Counted from the stretch's first letter, positions 10,012-19,632 are shown. The stretch: 64,000 nucleotides of DNA from Candidatus Falkowbacteria bacterium (GCA_963774955.1 CAVZGV010000005.1:30495-94494); one strand, 5' to 3'. The notes: generated from the letters alone by a model not told the origin. Program-made: numbers and translations.

Positions 10012-10047
10012 TTTTACGGATGGACACACTTCAGTGTGTTATGGCTC
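10012..10047. repeat. left 36-bp direct repeat with palindromic core ACACACTTCAGTGTGT
   Basis: ttttacggatggacacacttcagtgtgttatggctc. It overlaps the transposase stop. The second copy is at 10598-10633, with 2 mismatches. Confidence 0.7.
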
Positions 10048-10589
10048 CCCTCATCACTTGGCGGTGTAAAATCTATCACCGGATACAAGTCAAATCTTTC
10101 ATATACTGTTTCCTCCCCATATTTTTCAATATGTTCATTAAAATCAGACCATTTGTAGTCTTTCATTTTAGAAACATAACCATGTTTAACCGGATTATGA
10201 TGATTGTAATTTACATGGGTCAAATAATTTCTTTCACTATCTAAAATGGTATCCCAATATTGCTCCCAAACTTTCCGTCCTTGGCAATTATCATATTTAT
10301 TTATTTTCCTTGAACTACTGCCATTAACTTGTTTTATAAATAAAGGCAATGCTTTGGCATTCTCAATATCTAAAACTAGCTGATAATGATTATCCAAAAT
10401 TACCCAAGAATCGCAAGTATAACCAAATTTATTTATAGCATTCATTAAACAATCATATAGTAACTGCTTTTTAAAATCATTATTGAAAAAATGAAGCCAG
10501 TCGTATGTCCTGACGGCGATAAAATACTTACTATTATCAAGCAAAACATGAGGGGGTCTATGTATATTTCTATGTTTAGGATATTCCAT
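10014..10589 (-). mobile_element. REP-associated tyrosine transposase (RAYT) / IS200-like Y1 HuH transposase, HuH degenerated to HYQ
   Basis: ...VWEQYWDTILDSERNYLTHVNYNHHNPVKHGYVSKMKDYKWSDF matches the RAYT/TnpA_REP C-terminal signature. The HuH position reads NHYQLVL. The track ORF uses a GTG start at 10613; the first ATG is at 10589. Confidence 0.75.
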
Positions 10590-10597
10590 AAAAAATA

Positions 10598-10633
10598 TTT
10601 TACGGACGGACACACTTCAGTGTGTTACGGCTC
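10598..10633. repeat. right 36-bp direct repeat (REP-like hairpin)
   Basis: tttacggacggacacacttcagtgtgttacggctc, same orientation as the left copy, just upstream of the transposase start. Confidence 0.7.
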
Positions 10634-10687
10634 TTCCGTATCTCCAAACAGTCCCCTAACAGACTAAAGTCTGTCCTTCCGGGTTAT

Positions 10688-12076
10688 TTATCTTACCCAG
10701 CCAATAACCTTTACAAACATGCCCAAGCACAACCACCAAAGCATAATGCCGAAATATAGAGTCCAAAAATAATGGTCAAAAACCATGAGCACTAAAATTG
10801 CAATTAAAATTGCCGTAAAGCCCAAAAACCAAAAATATTTTTCACGGTAAAATTCATGGATATCGCTAAACTTGAATAAACCGAAAACCTGGAGCAAACT
10901 AATCTGTTCATCAATTTTATATGTCCAGATGCGTCGCATGGCTTCAATAATAATTAGAATCAAAACTATAAAGCCAAAAATCCCCAGTTCAGCCGCAACC
11001 AATAAATAAACATTATGTACCGGCTGATATGAATAGCTGGGAAATTTGCTTAAGTCTTTATTATATAAAGCTAGGGTATAATTGCCCAGGCCGACTCCTG
11101 TCAGCCAATTATTTTTCAATAATTCCTTGGCCTGATCCAAATATTGCGCCCGCTCTTGCTGCGACTTCACTTCAAGACGGTCCTGGCTATTGATTCTGGT
11201 AAATAGCGGGCCGCGATAAATAATGCCCAAAAAGCTAAAAGTAATAATACCAATCAAGACCAAGGCTCCTAATTTACGTAAGGCTGTCGCATCTCTGGAA
11301 AAGCCTATAAAAATGGCCAGAAAGAAAAAAGCAATCGACAAAGACAAAAAGGCGCCTTTGGAAAAAGTAAAAAAAAGGCCGATCAAAATAACAGGCGCAC
11401 AAACCCAAAGTATAATTTTTTCCCATTGATGCCGGGCCAAAATTAAACTCACAACCAGCAACAAAAAACTGATAACTAAAAAACCAGCTAAAATATTGGG
11501 ATGAGGCAAAGAACCATAAGCGCGCAAAAGTCTCGATCCGGCTGTTTCTACCACTGAAACTCCCAAGGTTTGAGGCAATTGTTCGGCCATGCCCAGCCAT
11601 TTACTGGCCCAGACCTGCTGAGTAAAAAACTGATAAATACCCAGACCTGATTGGATAGTGCCGGCCAGGATCAAAGCGCCGACCAGCTTCAGATATCTGA
11701 ATTTGAAATTTATAGCCAGACAAAGCAGGCCCAAACCTTCCAGCATTTTCAATAAATAATACCAGGCGGCATTCTGATCAGGACTAAAGAAAATACTGAT
11801 AGCGGCGACGATTAACAGCGCTAAAAACAGGATGTAAAAATCCAAAACTTTATAATTCAAAAAAACTATTTCCCAATCCCGATTTAGCAACTTATAAATT
11901 AAGGCTAAAATCAAAATTAAAACCAATAAAACCTCCGTGGCATAAAGACTAAAAGTCAGATACTGACTATCCCCGTCACCCAGCATCCCATAATGCCAAA
12001 TCCACCTGGTTTGCCAGGGCAAAAGGAAAATAAAAAGATAAAACAGATATTCAATAATTTTGGCTAATTTGGTCAT
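10688..12076 (-). CDS. O-antigen ligase/polymerase-like (Wzy_C family) polytopic membrane protein
   Basis: 462 aa, at least 10 TM helices, and a ...AYGSLPHPNILAGFL... region resembling the Wzy_C H-x-N motif. Confidence 0.55.
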   Translation of the reverse strand: MTKLAKIIEYLFYLFIFLLPWQTRWIWHYGMLGDGDSQYLTFSLYATEVLLVLILILALIYKLLNRDWEIVFLNYKVLDFYILFLALLIVAAISIFFSPDQNAAWYYLLKMLEGLGLLCLAINFKFRYLKLVGALILAGTIQSGLGIYQFFTQQVWASKWLGMAEQLPQTLGVSVVETAGSRLLRAYGSLPHPNILAGFLVISFLLLVVSLILARHQWEKIILWVCAPVILIGLFFTFSKGAFLSLSIAFFFLAIFIGFSRDATALRKLGALVLIGIITFSFLGIIYRGPLFTRINSQDRLEVKSQQERAQYLDQAKELLKNNWLTGVGLGNYTLALYNKDLSKFPSYSYQPVHNVYLLVAAELGIFGFIVLILIIIEAMRRIWTYKIDEQISLLQVFGLFKFSDIHEFYREKYFWFLGFTAILIAILVLMVFDHYFWTLYFGIMLWWLCLGMFVKVIGWVR

Positions 12077-12182
12077 ATATTTATTATATCTTAATTAATT
12101 TAAATTGGCTAAGCAGGCTTGACATTCACATATTACCATGATAAGCTGAACAATCGAGTACCTTACAAACAAAGGAGAAGAA

Positions 12183-13154
12183 ATGAAAAAATTTCCAGTC
12201 GGCTTGTGTCTAACGATTGCAGTTTTGGGACTTTGTGCCCCAAAAGCCAAGGCTGAAAATCGTCACATGCAACTTGAATTCAATGAGTATGACGGCATGG
12301 TTTTAGGCATCAATATGATATCAAACGGGATGATGGGAGGAACCGGTGCTTACCTGACCGCCCATCCAAATGCCAATATTACGGATTTCCCGAAAATGAT
12401 GCGCAGCGAAATTTACTGGCGTGGTTTTTTGCAGGGATCAATCGGCGGCAGCCTGGTCTATGCCGGTGAAAAAACCATGACCTTTCAGACTGACTATGAA
12501 TATTCCATTCTGACCGGTAAACATCTGTCCAACTTGGGAACTTCAATAACCTATTCCGCCAGTCAAAATGAAAACTGGCTGGCCAATCCCAGTTATATTT
12601 CCGATCTCGGACCTATAGTTTTTCACTGGAAAAAAAGTTATGGCTGGAAACCTGAAGTTTACATCCTGCCCCATTCGCTGGTTGTGACAATGTATAGTTT
12701 CAGCCAATATACCTTTGAATCCGAACTAAGTCTTAAAACAGGCCTTCTCGTTTTTTCTGGAAAACTCTCTCCAGATAGCACGATTTTTGGTGTCTGTGAA
12801 GCCAATATAATCACCATGGATACTAAGGCCATTGATGGCTGGGCTGATGAAAACTCTTCATATGTGACTGAGTTTGTGCTAAGCCATGAATCGATCCACA
12901 GCCGCTGGAACCACTTCCAGTATATGCCAATGGATGCAATTTATAATTACCAGATCAATAACTGGGCCGATTCAACTACCAGGGTAAATCTTAACTTCTT
13001 GAGATATGAAAATCAGCCTTTCCGCATAGGCGCCGACCTGACCAGCGGAGTTTTTTTCTGGTCAATAGCCAAATGGGAAGATGCCGGAGGAACACCGCAG
13101 TCTTTAACTCTGCATGAAATGGCATCATCTAAACTTTTTCAATATGTCGACTAA
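12183..13154 (+). CDS. hypothetical secreted protein
   Basis: Signal peptide MKKFPVGLCLTIAVLGLCAPKAKA with an AAAGGAGAAG RBS upstream. No recognisable domain. Confidence 0.5.
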   Translation: MKKFPVGLCLTIAVLGLCAPKAKAENRHMQLEFNEYDGMVLGINMISNGMMGGTGAYLTAHPNANITDFPKMMRSEIYWRGFLQGSIGGSLVYAGEKTMTFQTDYEYSILTGKHLSNLGTSITYSASQNENWLANPSYISDLGPIVFHWKKSYGWKPEVYILPHSLVVTMYSFSQYTFESELSLKTGLLVFSGKLSPDSTIFGVCEANIITMDTKAIDGWADENSSYVTEFVLSHESIHSRWNHFQYMPMDAIYNYQINNWADSTTRVNLNFLRYENQPFRIGADLTSGVFFWSIAKWEDAGGTPQSLTLHEMASSKLFQYVD

Positions 13155-13172
13155 CTTTTAAAATTCTGACAT

Positions 13173-13205
13173 CACAAAACCCCTCTGCCTTCAGAGGGGT
13201 TTTTC
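13173..13205. terminator. bidirectional terminator between convergent genes
   Basis: AAACCCCTCTG-cctt-CAGAGGGGTTTTT. Confidence 0.7.
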
Positions 13206-13217
13206 TTTTGCTGCAAA

Positions 13218-14180
13218 TTATTTTAATAATTCACTGCGTTTTTGTTCAAATTTTTCCAGGTATTCCAGCCTGCGGTCGCTTTCATGAAACTTTAACATTT
13301 TATCGTTAATAACTACTCGATTATCGCCCACAACCGCCAAATCTTTTTTCTTCTGGGACATTTTTTTCAGTTGCATCTTTTTGAATTTAGCTTCCAGCCA
13401 ATCACCGAATTTGCCCTGCCAGACGTATTCTTTGGTTTCGGCAATGGCTTTACTGGCAGAAGTATCCTCCACCCGCAGACGCGGACCCAACTCCTTGGGT
13501 AAAAAATTGGGGAAATATTTTTTCAGCCAGGCGTTTGCAGCTACTAATTTGGCATAGAAATTTTCACGCTGATAAATCGGCTGTAAAGTTGCCAGCCAAA
13601 AATCTAAATAAATATCATCCTTGGCGATTTTAATATCGGCTAAATCTAAATTTTCATCGGTCACGAAAAAACTCAAGCAAATCTTGTCTTTAACTTTGGC
13701 TTTAGGCGGTCGCAGTCCTAAAATAGTGATAATAAAGATCATGGCAAAACGAATCAGCCAGATCCGTCCGCTGGAGACGATAACAAAAAGATCAATATCG
13801 CTTTCTTCCTTGGCATTGCTGAAGGACAGGCTGTTACAAACAGCGACTAATTTTATAAAGGGTAAAAATTTAAATAATTTTATTGCCTTCAAGGCTAATT
13901 TATATTTTTTAGCGGCAATATTATAGCGCTGCAAACGAACATCAATAATTTCCTGTCTGCCTTTCAAAAAATAAAAACCGCGTTCAGCGGCCGTCAGTTT
14001 TTGCATAATATTACTATTTTTTAAACAATCCTCTATTTCTAATAAGCCGAAATCTCCGCCCTGCATGCCTTCAGAATAAAGATACTGCCAGATTTCCTGG
14101 CCAGTCAGCGGATAATCAAATAAGTCAAAATAAAGAATGGTATTAAGGATGAAGAGTTCGAGGTAATTTATGTTGAACAT
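13218..14180 (-). CDS. hypothetical protein (possible nucleotidyltransferase-like fold)
   Basis: 320 aa. A ...SNAKEESDIDLFVIV.. segment faintly resembles the NTase hG[GS]...DhD motif. Weak support. Confidence 0.35.
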   Translation of the reverse strand: MFNINYLELFILNTILYFDLFDYPLTGQEIWQYLYSEGMQGGDFGLLEIEDCLKNSNIMQKLTAAERGFYFLKGRQEIIDVRLQRYNIAAKKYKLALKAIKLFKFLPFIKLVAVCNSLSFSNAKEESDIDLFVIVSSGRIWLIRFAMIFIITILGLRPPKAKVKDKICLSFFVTDENLDLADIKIAKDDIYLDFWLATLQPIYQRENFYAKLVAANAWLKKYFPNFLPKELGPRLRVEDTSASKAIAETKEYVWQGKFGDWLEAKFKKMQLKKMSQKKKDLAVVGDNRVVINDKMLKFHESDRRLEYLEKFEQKRSELLK

Positions 14181-14328
14181 ATATATTAAGTGCTAAGTGT
14201 TAAGGTAAGGAAGCCAGTTAAGTGACCAGTGCTAAGTGTAATTTGAGATAAATACTTTTCACCTTTTACCTTACACCAAACCAACATCTTAACCCTGCCG
14301 GCAGACAAACCATTCACGATTCACTAAT

Positions 14329-14643
14329 TTACATTTCTTCAGTTACCACCGGTTCAGTACTTTCCAATTTATTAACCTCGGCAATTTTATTTATTGCTCC
14401 GGACTTAAATTTAACTACGGCATCATCAACCACCATATTATCCTCATCAAAACTAATAACCTGAGATTTATTTATTATTAAACTATCCTCAAATAAGCCG
14501 GGAATTAATTTCTTCGTACGAACATAATATTTCTCAATTATTCCGGTATCAGTTTCCAGCCCAAAATCTCGAATATAACCCAAAAACTGACCGCCTTGAG
14601 TTACAACCGTGACTTTCTTCAATTGTTTCAGGGAAATAATCAT
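14329..14643 (-). CDS. PRC-barrel domain protein
   Basis: 104 aa, LKKVTVVTQGGQFLGYIRDFGLETDTGII pattern. Confidence 0.6.
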   Translation of the reverse strand: MIISLKQLKKVTVVTQGGQFLGYIRDFGLETDTGIIEKYYVRTKKLIPGLFEDSLIINKSQVISFDEDNMVVDDAVVKFKSGAINKIAEVNKLESTEPVVTEEM

Positions 14644-14653
14644 AGCTGAGAAC

Positions 14654-15439
14654 TTATTTATTTAAGGTTGAAAATCCTTCCTTCGAAGTTTCACCTTCCA
14701 AATTGTCTTTTTTCTTCTTTTTAAACATCCAAACCTGCTGTAAGGCCATTAAAAGCGTAGTTAAAAACCAATATAGAGAAAGACCGGCCGGCAGGCTGAC
14801 GCCAATGATGACTGTAAACATCGGCATAAAATATACAATCTGTTTATTCATAATGGACATCATTTTTTCATCTGATGAGCCGGCAATTTCCTTGCCCTTA
14901 ATTAAGGGCGGATTTTTTGTCATCATCATTTTGCTTTGCCAAAACTGAGCCAGACCGGCCATAATTGCCAAGACAATACTTGGTTTGGATAAATCAATAA
15001 AACCTAGTGATATAGTATTGATGGTACCGGGATTTTGGATAAAGGCATACAGCATTTCCATGCTCTGGGATTGCAAACCATGAATAAAAACCTGATATAA
15101 AGCAATCAAAAACGGCAACTGGATCAGCAGCGGCAGACAAGAAGAAAATGGATTTACATTTTCACTCTTATAAAGAATCATCAGTTCCTTGGCCATCTTT
15201 TCCTGATCATCCTTATACTGTTTACGCAAAGCTTCAACTTTTGGCTGGATATCCTGCAAGGCTCGCTGCGATTTAATTGACTGGTAATAAAGCGGAAACA
15301 AAATCACCCTAATGACCAAAGTCAGAAAGATAATAGCCAAGCCAATATCATGACCGGGAATGGTATTGTAAAGCCAAACTAAAGCATTGAACAGCGGCTG
15401 ATAAAAAATCGTATTGTAAACTAATACTATATAGGACAT
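14654..15439 (-). CDS. yidC: membrane protein insertase YidC/Oxa1 family (short form)
   Basis: ...LAIIFLTLVIRVILFPL...SQRALQDIQPKVEALRKQYKDDQEKMAKELMILYKSENVNPFSSCLPLLIQLP.. matches YidC. Confidence 0.85.
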   Translation of the reverse strand: MSYIVLVYNTIFYQPLFNALVWLYNTIPGHDIGLAIIFLTLVIRVILFPLYYQSIKSQRALQDIQPKVEALRKQYKDDQEKMAKELMILYKSENVNPFSSCLPLLIQLPFLIALYQVFIHGLQSQSMEMLYAFIQNPGTINTISLGFIDLSKPSIVLAIMAGLAQFWQSKMMMTKNPPLIKGKEIAGSSDEKMMSIMNKQIVYFMPMFTVIIGVSLPAGLSLYWFLTTLLMALQQVWMFKKKKKDNLEGETSKEGFSTLNK

Positions 15440-15475
15440 TTTTTAATTTTAATTTTTAAATATAACTCCTGGAAA

Positions 15476-16900
15476 TTAATCCTGAGCTTTAACTTTTTTT
15501 TCTTTTTTAACCTTTTTCTCCTTTGGTTCCTTGGTTTTTTTAACCTTTTTTTCTGCCTTTTCTACCTTTTCTTCTTTAACTTCTTCAGCTGCTGTCTCTT
15601 TTATTGCTGCCTGCGCCGGCACCTCTTCGGCCACAGCAGCAGCGACTTCTTCCTTTTCACCGGTCGGAGTTTCCTTTAGAATATTAATTCTCCAGCCGGT
15701 CAATTTGGCTGCCAGACGGACATTCTGGCCTTCTTTACCAATAGCCAATGACAGCTGATCTTCAGCCACTGTCACTGAAGCCATTTTATCTGTTTCGTTA
15801 ATTTCTATACCCAAAACCTTGGCCGGAGACAAAGCATTACTGATAAACCTACGGGGATCTTCATTCCATTCAATAATATCAATTTTTTCTCCGCCGATTT
15901 CATTGATAATTGTTTGGATTCTGGAGCCTCTTTGTCCCACGCACGAGCCAATCGGATCAATACCCTCAGCGTTGCTTCTGACTGCAACTTTAGAACGGGC
16001 TCCGGCTTCGCGGGCAATGGCCATAATATCAATGGATTTATTGCCAATTTCAGGAATTTCATTCTCAAATAATTTACTGATTAATTCAGGGCTGGTGCGG
16101 GAAACAATGATTTCTGCGCCTTTGATCGTCATTTCCACCCGGGCAACATAAAATTTCAGACGATCACCTGGATTATATCGTTCTGACCTTATTTGTTCTT
16201 CCATCGGCATCAGGGCAGTTACTTTACCGAAATCAACCAAGACTCCGCGCATTTCTTTGCGTTGGACAGAACCGGTTAATAATTCGTGTTCTTTGGATTT
16301 AAATTCATTAAAGACATTTTCTCTTTCAGCTTCTCTGATTTTCTGAATAATAACCTGTTTAGCAGTCTGGGCAGCCATACGGCCAAAATCATCAGGAATC
16401 TCCAATGGAATTATTAATTCATCGCCGACTTTAATTGATTTCTTTATTTTCTTGGCATCATCTAATAGCAGCTCTACTTTGGGATTGAATTTAATAGCTT
16501 CCTGGGGCAATTCATTGTCATCGATATCCTCTACGGTCAAAATTTTAGTTGTCTCTTTTTCCTCAGTTTTATTGCCTTTTTCTTCGGCGACTGTTTCACC
16601 GGCTTCGGTTAAAGCCGGTTCTCCCGGAACTTTAACAAATTTCTTATCACGTCCCAAAACATCGATTTCAGCAATTATTTCTTCCGGAAAATCAACGACT
16701 ATTTTTTTATCATAAACCTTCATTTTTCCGCTTTCTAAATCAAATTCAAAAATAATATTCTGATTCTTGGTGCCAAAATCCTTGCGATAAGCCGCGGCCA
16801 AGGCTGAATTAATTGTTTCCATGATTGAGGCTTCGGATAAGCCTTTTTCAACGGCAATTTGTTTGATTGCCTGCTGAATTGTTTTCAAATCTAAATTCAT
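15476..16900 (-). CDS. nusA: transcription termination/antitermination factor NusA
   Basis: NusA N-domain, S1 and tandem KH regions (..VAVRSNAEGIDPIGSCVGQRGSRIQTIINEIGGEKIDII..AIGKEGQNVRLAAKLTGWRINI..) followed by a K/E-rich tail. Confidence 0.9.
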   Translation of the reverse strand: MNLDLKTIQQAIKQIAVEKGLSEASIMETINSALAAAYRKDFGTKNQNIIFEFDLESGKMKVYDKKIVVDFPEEIIAEIDVLGRDKKFVKVPGEPALTEAGETVAEEKGNKTEEKETTKILTVEDIDDNELPQEAIKFNPKVELLLDDAKKIKKSIKVGDELIIPLEIPDDFGRMAAQTAKQVIIQKIREAERENVFNEFKSKEHELLTGSVQRKEMRGVLVDFGKVTALMPMEEQIRSERYNPGDRLKFYVARVEMTIKGAEIIVSRTSPELISKLFENEIPEIGNKSIDIMAIAREAGARSKVAVRSNAEGIDPIGSCVGQRGSRIQTIINEIGGEKIDIIEWNEDPRRFISNALSPAKVLGIEINETDKMASVTVAEDQLSLAIGKEGQNVRLAAKLTGWRINILKETPTGEKEEVAAAVAEEVPAQAAIKETAAEEVKEEKVEKAEKKVKKTKEPKEKKVKKEKKVKAQD

Positions 16901-16910
16901 ATTTATTAAG

Positions 16911-16983
16911 TTACAAATCTACAAATATATTACAAATTACTACAAATTTGTAATTATTTGTAGCGTATTTGTATATTTGTAGC
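16911..16983. promoter_or_regulatory. array of CTACAAAT/ATTTGTAG half-sites including the palindrome TACAAATT-actac-AAATTTGTA, upstream of nusA
   Basis: Seen directly. 22-nt and 17-nt stretches are identical to a second array at 59531-59590. Confidence 0.5.
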
Positions 16984-17109
16984 ATAATTTTTAAAATAAA
17001 AACCAGTTTAAAATACATTAAACTAGTCTATTAGTATTATACATGTTTTAAAACCCGATGTCAAATTGAAAAAATTGCCTGAAATAACCGCGATTTTAAA
17101 ATAATTTTC

Positions 17110-17472
17110 TTACTCGGAAATATTTTTATGATGCCGGATTATCGCCTTACTCTCACTGCGATTAATCACAATGGCAATTATATCAAAACGGTAATTATCA
17201 TGATTAATCTGGGCTTTGGCCAAATATTGCCAGGCCGCCTGATGCATTTTTTCCTTTTTCCGGTCAGTCACGGCTTCTTCAGGTAAGCCATACTTGTCAG
17301 ATAAGCGGGTTTTAACTTCAATAAAAATTATTTGCCCGTCTTTTTGGGCGATCAGATCGATTTCACCCTGTCGGGTATAATAATTACTTTCTACAAGCTG
17401 ATAATTTCGTTGTTTTAAAAAATCGACAGCTAGTTTTTGACCATAGCTGCCGACTTTTATCTTGAAATTCAT
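17110..17472 (-). CDS. yraN: YraN family (UPF0102) endonuclease
   Basis: GEIDLIAQKDGQIIFIEVKTR...RFDIIAIV pattern. Confidence 0.8.
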   Translation of the reverse strand: MNFKIKVGSYGQKLAVDFLKQRNYQLVESNYYTRQGEIDLIAQKDGQIIFIEVKTRLSDKYGLPEEAVTDRKKEKMHQAAWQYLAKAQINHDNYRFDIIAIVINRSESKAIIRHHKNISE

Positions 17473-17901
17473 TTAATTTTTAACTAAGTACTTTTTTAAT
17501 TGGCGCTTCTGATCCAATTCCTTTTGCTTCTGAGGCATTTCTTTGAGATAAAATCTCAGCAAATAAAAAAACCAAATAAGCGCCATCAGCAGCCAGATCA
17601 TTATCCAAAAACGACCGCCCAAAACCGGAATTGCCTCATACCTAAAAAAGAAAATAAAGGTAAAAGAAACAGCCATAGTTAGAAAAAAACTGCCTGTTTT
17701 GTGCACAAAATTAGCTTTAATAAAGCTGCGCTTGGCAATCAGCTTTTTTTCGCTGAAATAACCGGCGCCATAACATGCATAGCAAACTAATAAAACCACC
17801 AGAAATATTTTCTCAAAGCGGTCAGAGAGTTCGCCTGGATTAACTTCCAGCCAAAAAGGCACGGAAAAAATTTTCCCCCAGTCAATTCCTAGAAATACCA
17901 T
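17473..17901 (-). CDS. hypothetical membrane protein
   Basis: 142 aa with 4 hydrophobic helices. Confidence 0.4.
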   Translation of the reverse strand: MVFLGIDWGKIFSVPFWLEVNPGELSDRFEKIFLVVLLVCYACYGAGYFSEKKLIAKRSFIKANFVHKTGSFFLTMAVSFTFIFFFRYEAIPVLGGRFWIMIWLLMALIWFFYLLRFYLKEMPQKQKELDQKRQLKKYLVKN

Positions 17902-17931
17902 ATTAACAAGAATTAAGTATTAATAATTATT

Positions 17932-18483
17932 TTAATTACGCTGTAAAATAAGACCCCAGAAATACTGGCCGAAATCAGTGTCTTCAATCAAACTTAGCCC
18001 GGCTTTACTGGCCAATATTTTAACTTGTTCCTTATCAACCCTTAATTCTGGAGGCGGTCCGAAAGGCGCCGAGATCTTTTTCCAATCAATCACAATCAGC
18101 TTACCGCCTTGCTTTAACAACCTGGCGGCTTCAGCCAAAAGCTCGCTTTGATTTTTATTCTGAAATAAAACATTCACCAAAAAAGCCACGTCTAAACTTG
18201 CAGCCGGGATATTGGTCATGCCTAGCTTTTCCAAATTTGACCAAACATACTCCATATTGGTCAAACCTTCCATTTTGGCCTTGTTTTTCACGGAATCTAA
18301 GGCTGCTTTCTGAATATCTACCGCATAAGCCTTGCCTTCCTTACCTATGATCTTAGCTGCCGGTAAAATAAAATAACCCAGGTTGCCGCAGCCCAAGCAG
18401 GCCACATTCATACCGACAATCAAGCCGGTCTTGTCAAAAATCTCCTGCTGTTTTAAAAATTGTAATCCCTCTGTTACTGGCAT
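17932..18483 (-). CDS. class I SAM-dependent methyltransferase
   Basis: Motif I VACLGCGNLGY and the overall Rossmann MTase layout. Confidence 0.8.
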   Translation of the reverse strand: MPVTEGLQFLKQQEIFDKTGLIVGMNVACLGCGNLGYFILPAAKIIGKEGKAYAVDIQKAALDSVKNKAKMEGLTNMEYVWSNLEKLGMTNIPAASLDVAFLVNVLFQNKNQSELLAEAARLLKQGGKLIVIDWKKISAPFGPPPELRVDKEQVKILASKAGLSLIEDTDFGQYFWGLILQRN

Positions 18484-18521
18484 ATATATTAAAATTAAAG
18501 ATTAAAAATAAAAAATTTTGG

Positions 18522-18767
18522 TTATTTGGGCAGAAGCGGACCCAAGGCCCAGAAGACAATACCGCCAAAAAGGTCTAACATCATAGTTAAGCCGATAAAA
18601 ATCATGATCAAACCTAAAAGTTTATAAAAAAATCTGGTACCGCCCGAAGTTGACAGATGCTCTTCGGCCCAGGCATTACGCCCGAAATTCTGAACAAACC
18701 ATTCAGTCTTTAAAACTAACCATGGCCCGACAGCGAATAAAATAAATCCGAAAATTTTGACAAACAT
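18522..18767 (-). CDS. small hypothetical membrane protein
   Basis: 81 aa with two hydrophobic helices. Confidence 0.35.
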   Translation of the reverse strand: MFVKIFGFILFAVGPWLVLKTEWFVQNFGRNAWAEEHLSTSGGTRFFYKLLGLIMIFIGLTMMLDLFGGIVFWALGPLLPK

Positions 18768-18979
18768 ATATAGATAGTGACTAGTGAATAGGTAAAGAAG
18801 CTAGTCTTGTGTTTAGTGTCTGGACTATAGTGTCTTAAGCTATAACCTAACCGCTATCCACTAAACCAGGATCATGACCTTTGACTTAACACTAATATAA
18901 TATCAAAATATCCGTATTCTGACAACCAAACTTGCCCCCAAACCGCCAAAATGCTAAAATTATTATATAACTTTCCACC

Positions 18980-19006
18980 AAAGGCGGATCCGCCTCTGGC
19001 GGAAAA
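18980..19006. repeat. GGATCC-containing palindromic repeat (copy 1)
   Basis: aaaggcGGATCCgcctctggcggaaaa. A 23-nt identical copy is at 57383-57405. Confidence 0.5.
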
Positions 19007-19030
19007 TCCTAAATCTGTAATCTAAATAAT

Positions 19031-19219
19031 ATGAAACCAGTAGTCAACCGAGAACTATGCATCGGCTGCGGCGCCTGTGAAGGCGTTTGCCCGGAAGTTT
19101 TTAAGCTTGATGACGGCAAAAGCGAAGTGATTAAACTTGATGATTATGCTCCATTTAAGGACAAAATCGACCAGGCGGTAGATTCTTGTCCGGTTCAAGC
19201 GATCAGCATTGAAGAATAA
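19031..19219 (+). CDS. ferredoxin (single [4Fe-4S]/[3Fe-4S] cluster type)
   Basis: 62 aa, CIGCGACEGVCP...CP cysteine pattern. Confidence 0.8.
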   Translation: MKPVVNRELCIGCGACEGVCPEVFKLDDGKSEVIKLDDYAPFKDKIDQAVDSCPVQAISIEE

Positions 19220-19292
19220 GACTTGACCAAAATCAAAAAATGTCGTAAAATTCAAATAGCATTTTTTGATTTTTTATTTGCCTGAGAGCTGA

Positions 19293-19376
19293 GCCGGGGT
19301 GGCGAAATTGGTACACGCACTACCTTGAGGTGGTAGCGACCGCAAGGCCATGGAGGTTCGAGTCCTCTCTCCGGCA
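19293..19376 (+). tRNA. tRNA-Leu (anticodon GAG), type II with long variable arm
   Basis: Folded by eye: acceptor GCCGGGG/CTCCGGC, anticodon stem CTACC/GGTAG, loop TTGAGGT, T-loop GGTTCGAGTCC. No encoded CCA. Confidence 0.8.
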
Positions 19377-19460
19377 AAATAAAACGATTAATAACGGCAA
19401 CAAAATTCGCTAAGCTCCTTCAAAAAGTTATTATTAAAGTTATAGTTATTAGTTATATAA

Positions 19461-19534
19461 GGGCGCTTAGCTCAGCTGGTTAGAGCGACTCGTTTACACC
19501 GAGTAGGTCGAGGGTTCGACTCCTTCAGCGCCCA
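19461..19534 (+). tRNA. tRNA-Val (anticodon TAC)
   Basis: Acceptor GGGCGCT/AGCGCCC, D-arm GCTCAGCTGGTTAGAGC, anticodon loop TTTACAC, T-loop GGTTCGACTCC. Confidence 0.8.
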
Positions 19535-19602
19535 CACTTCGCCTTTCTTGCTTAAGAAAAGGAAGCAAATCTTTAGAATTTGATTTGGCTTCGGTGGGCT
19601 TA

Positions 19603-19632
19603 GGCCCACAAAAAAATGACCTGATGGGTCAT
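19603..19632. terminator. bidirectional terminator after the tRNA pair and ORF 19667-20077
   Basis: A7-ATGACC-tgatgg-GGTCAT-T7, preceded by a second GTGGGC-ttag-GCCCAC hairpin. Confidence 0.65.

Noticed and set aside
10012-10633. The two 36-bp repeats with internal palindrome as a CRISPR array.
   Set aside because: There are only two copies, separated by about 550 bp that encode a transposase. No leader, no cas genes, and the spacing is irregular. It is a REP/RAYT-type arrangement.
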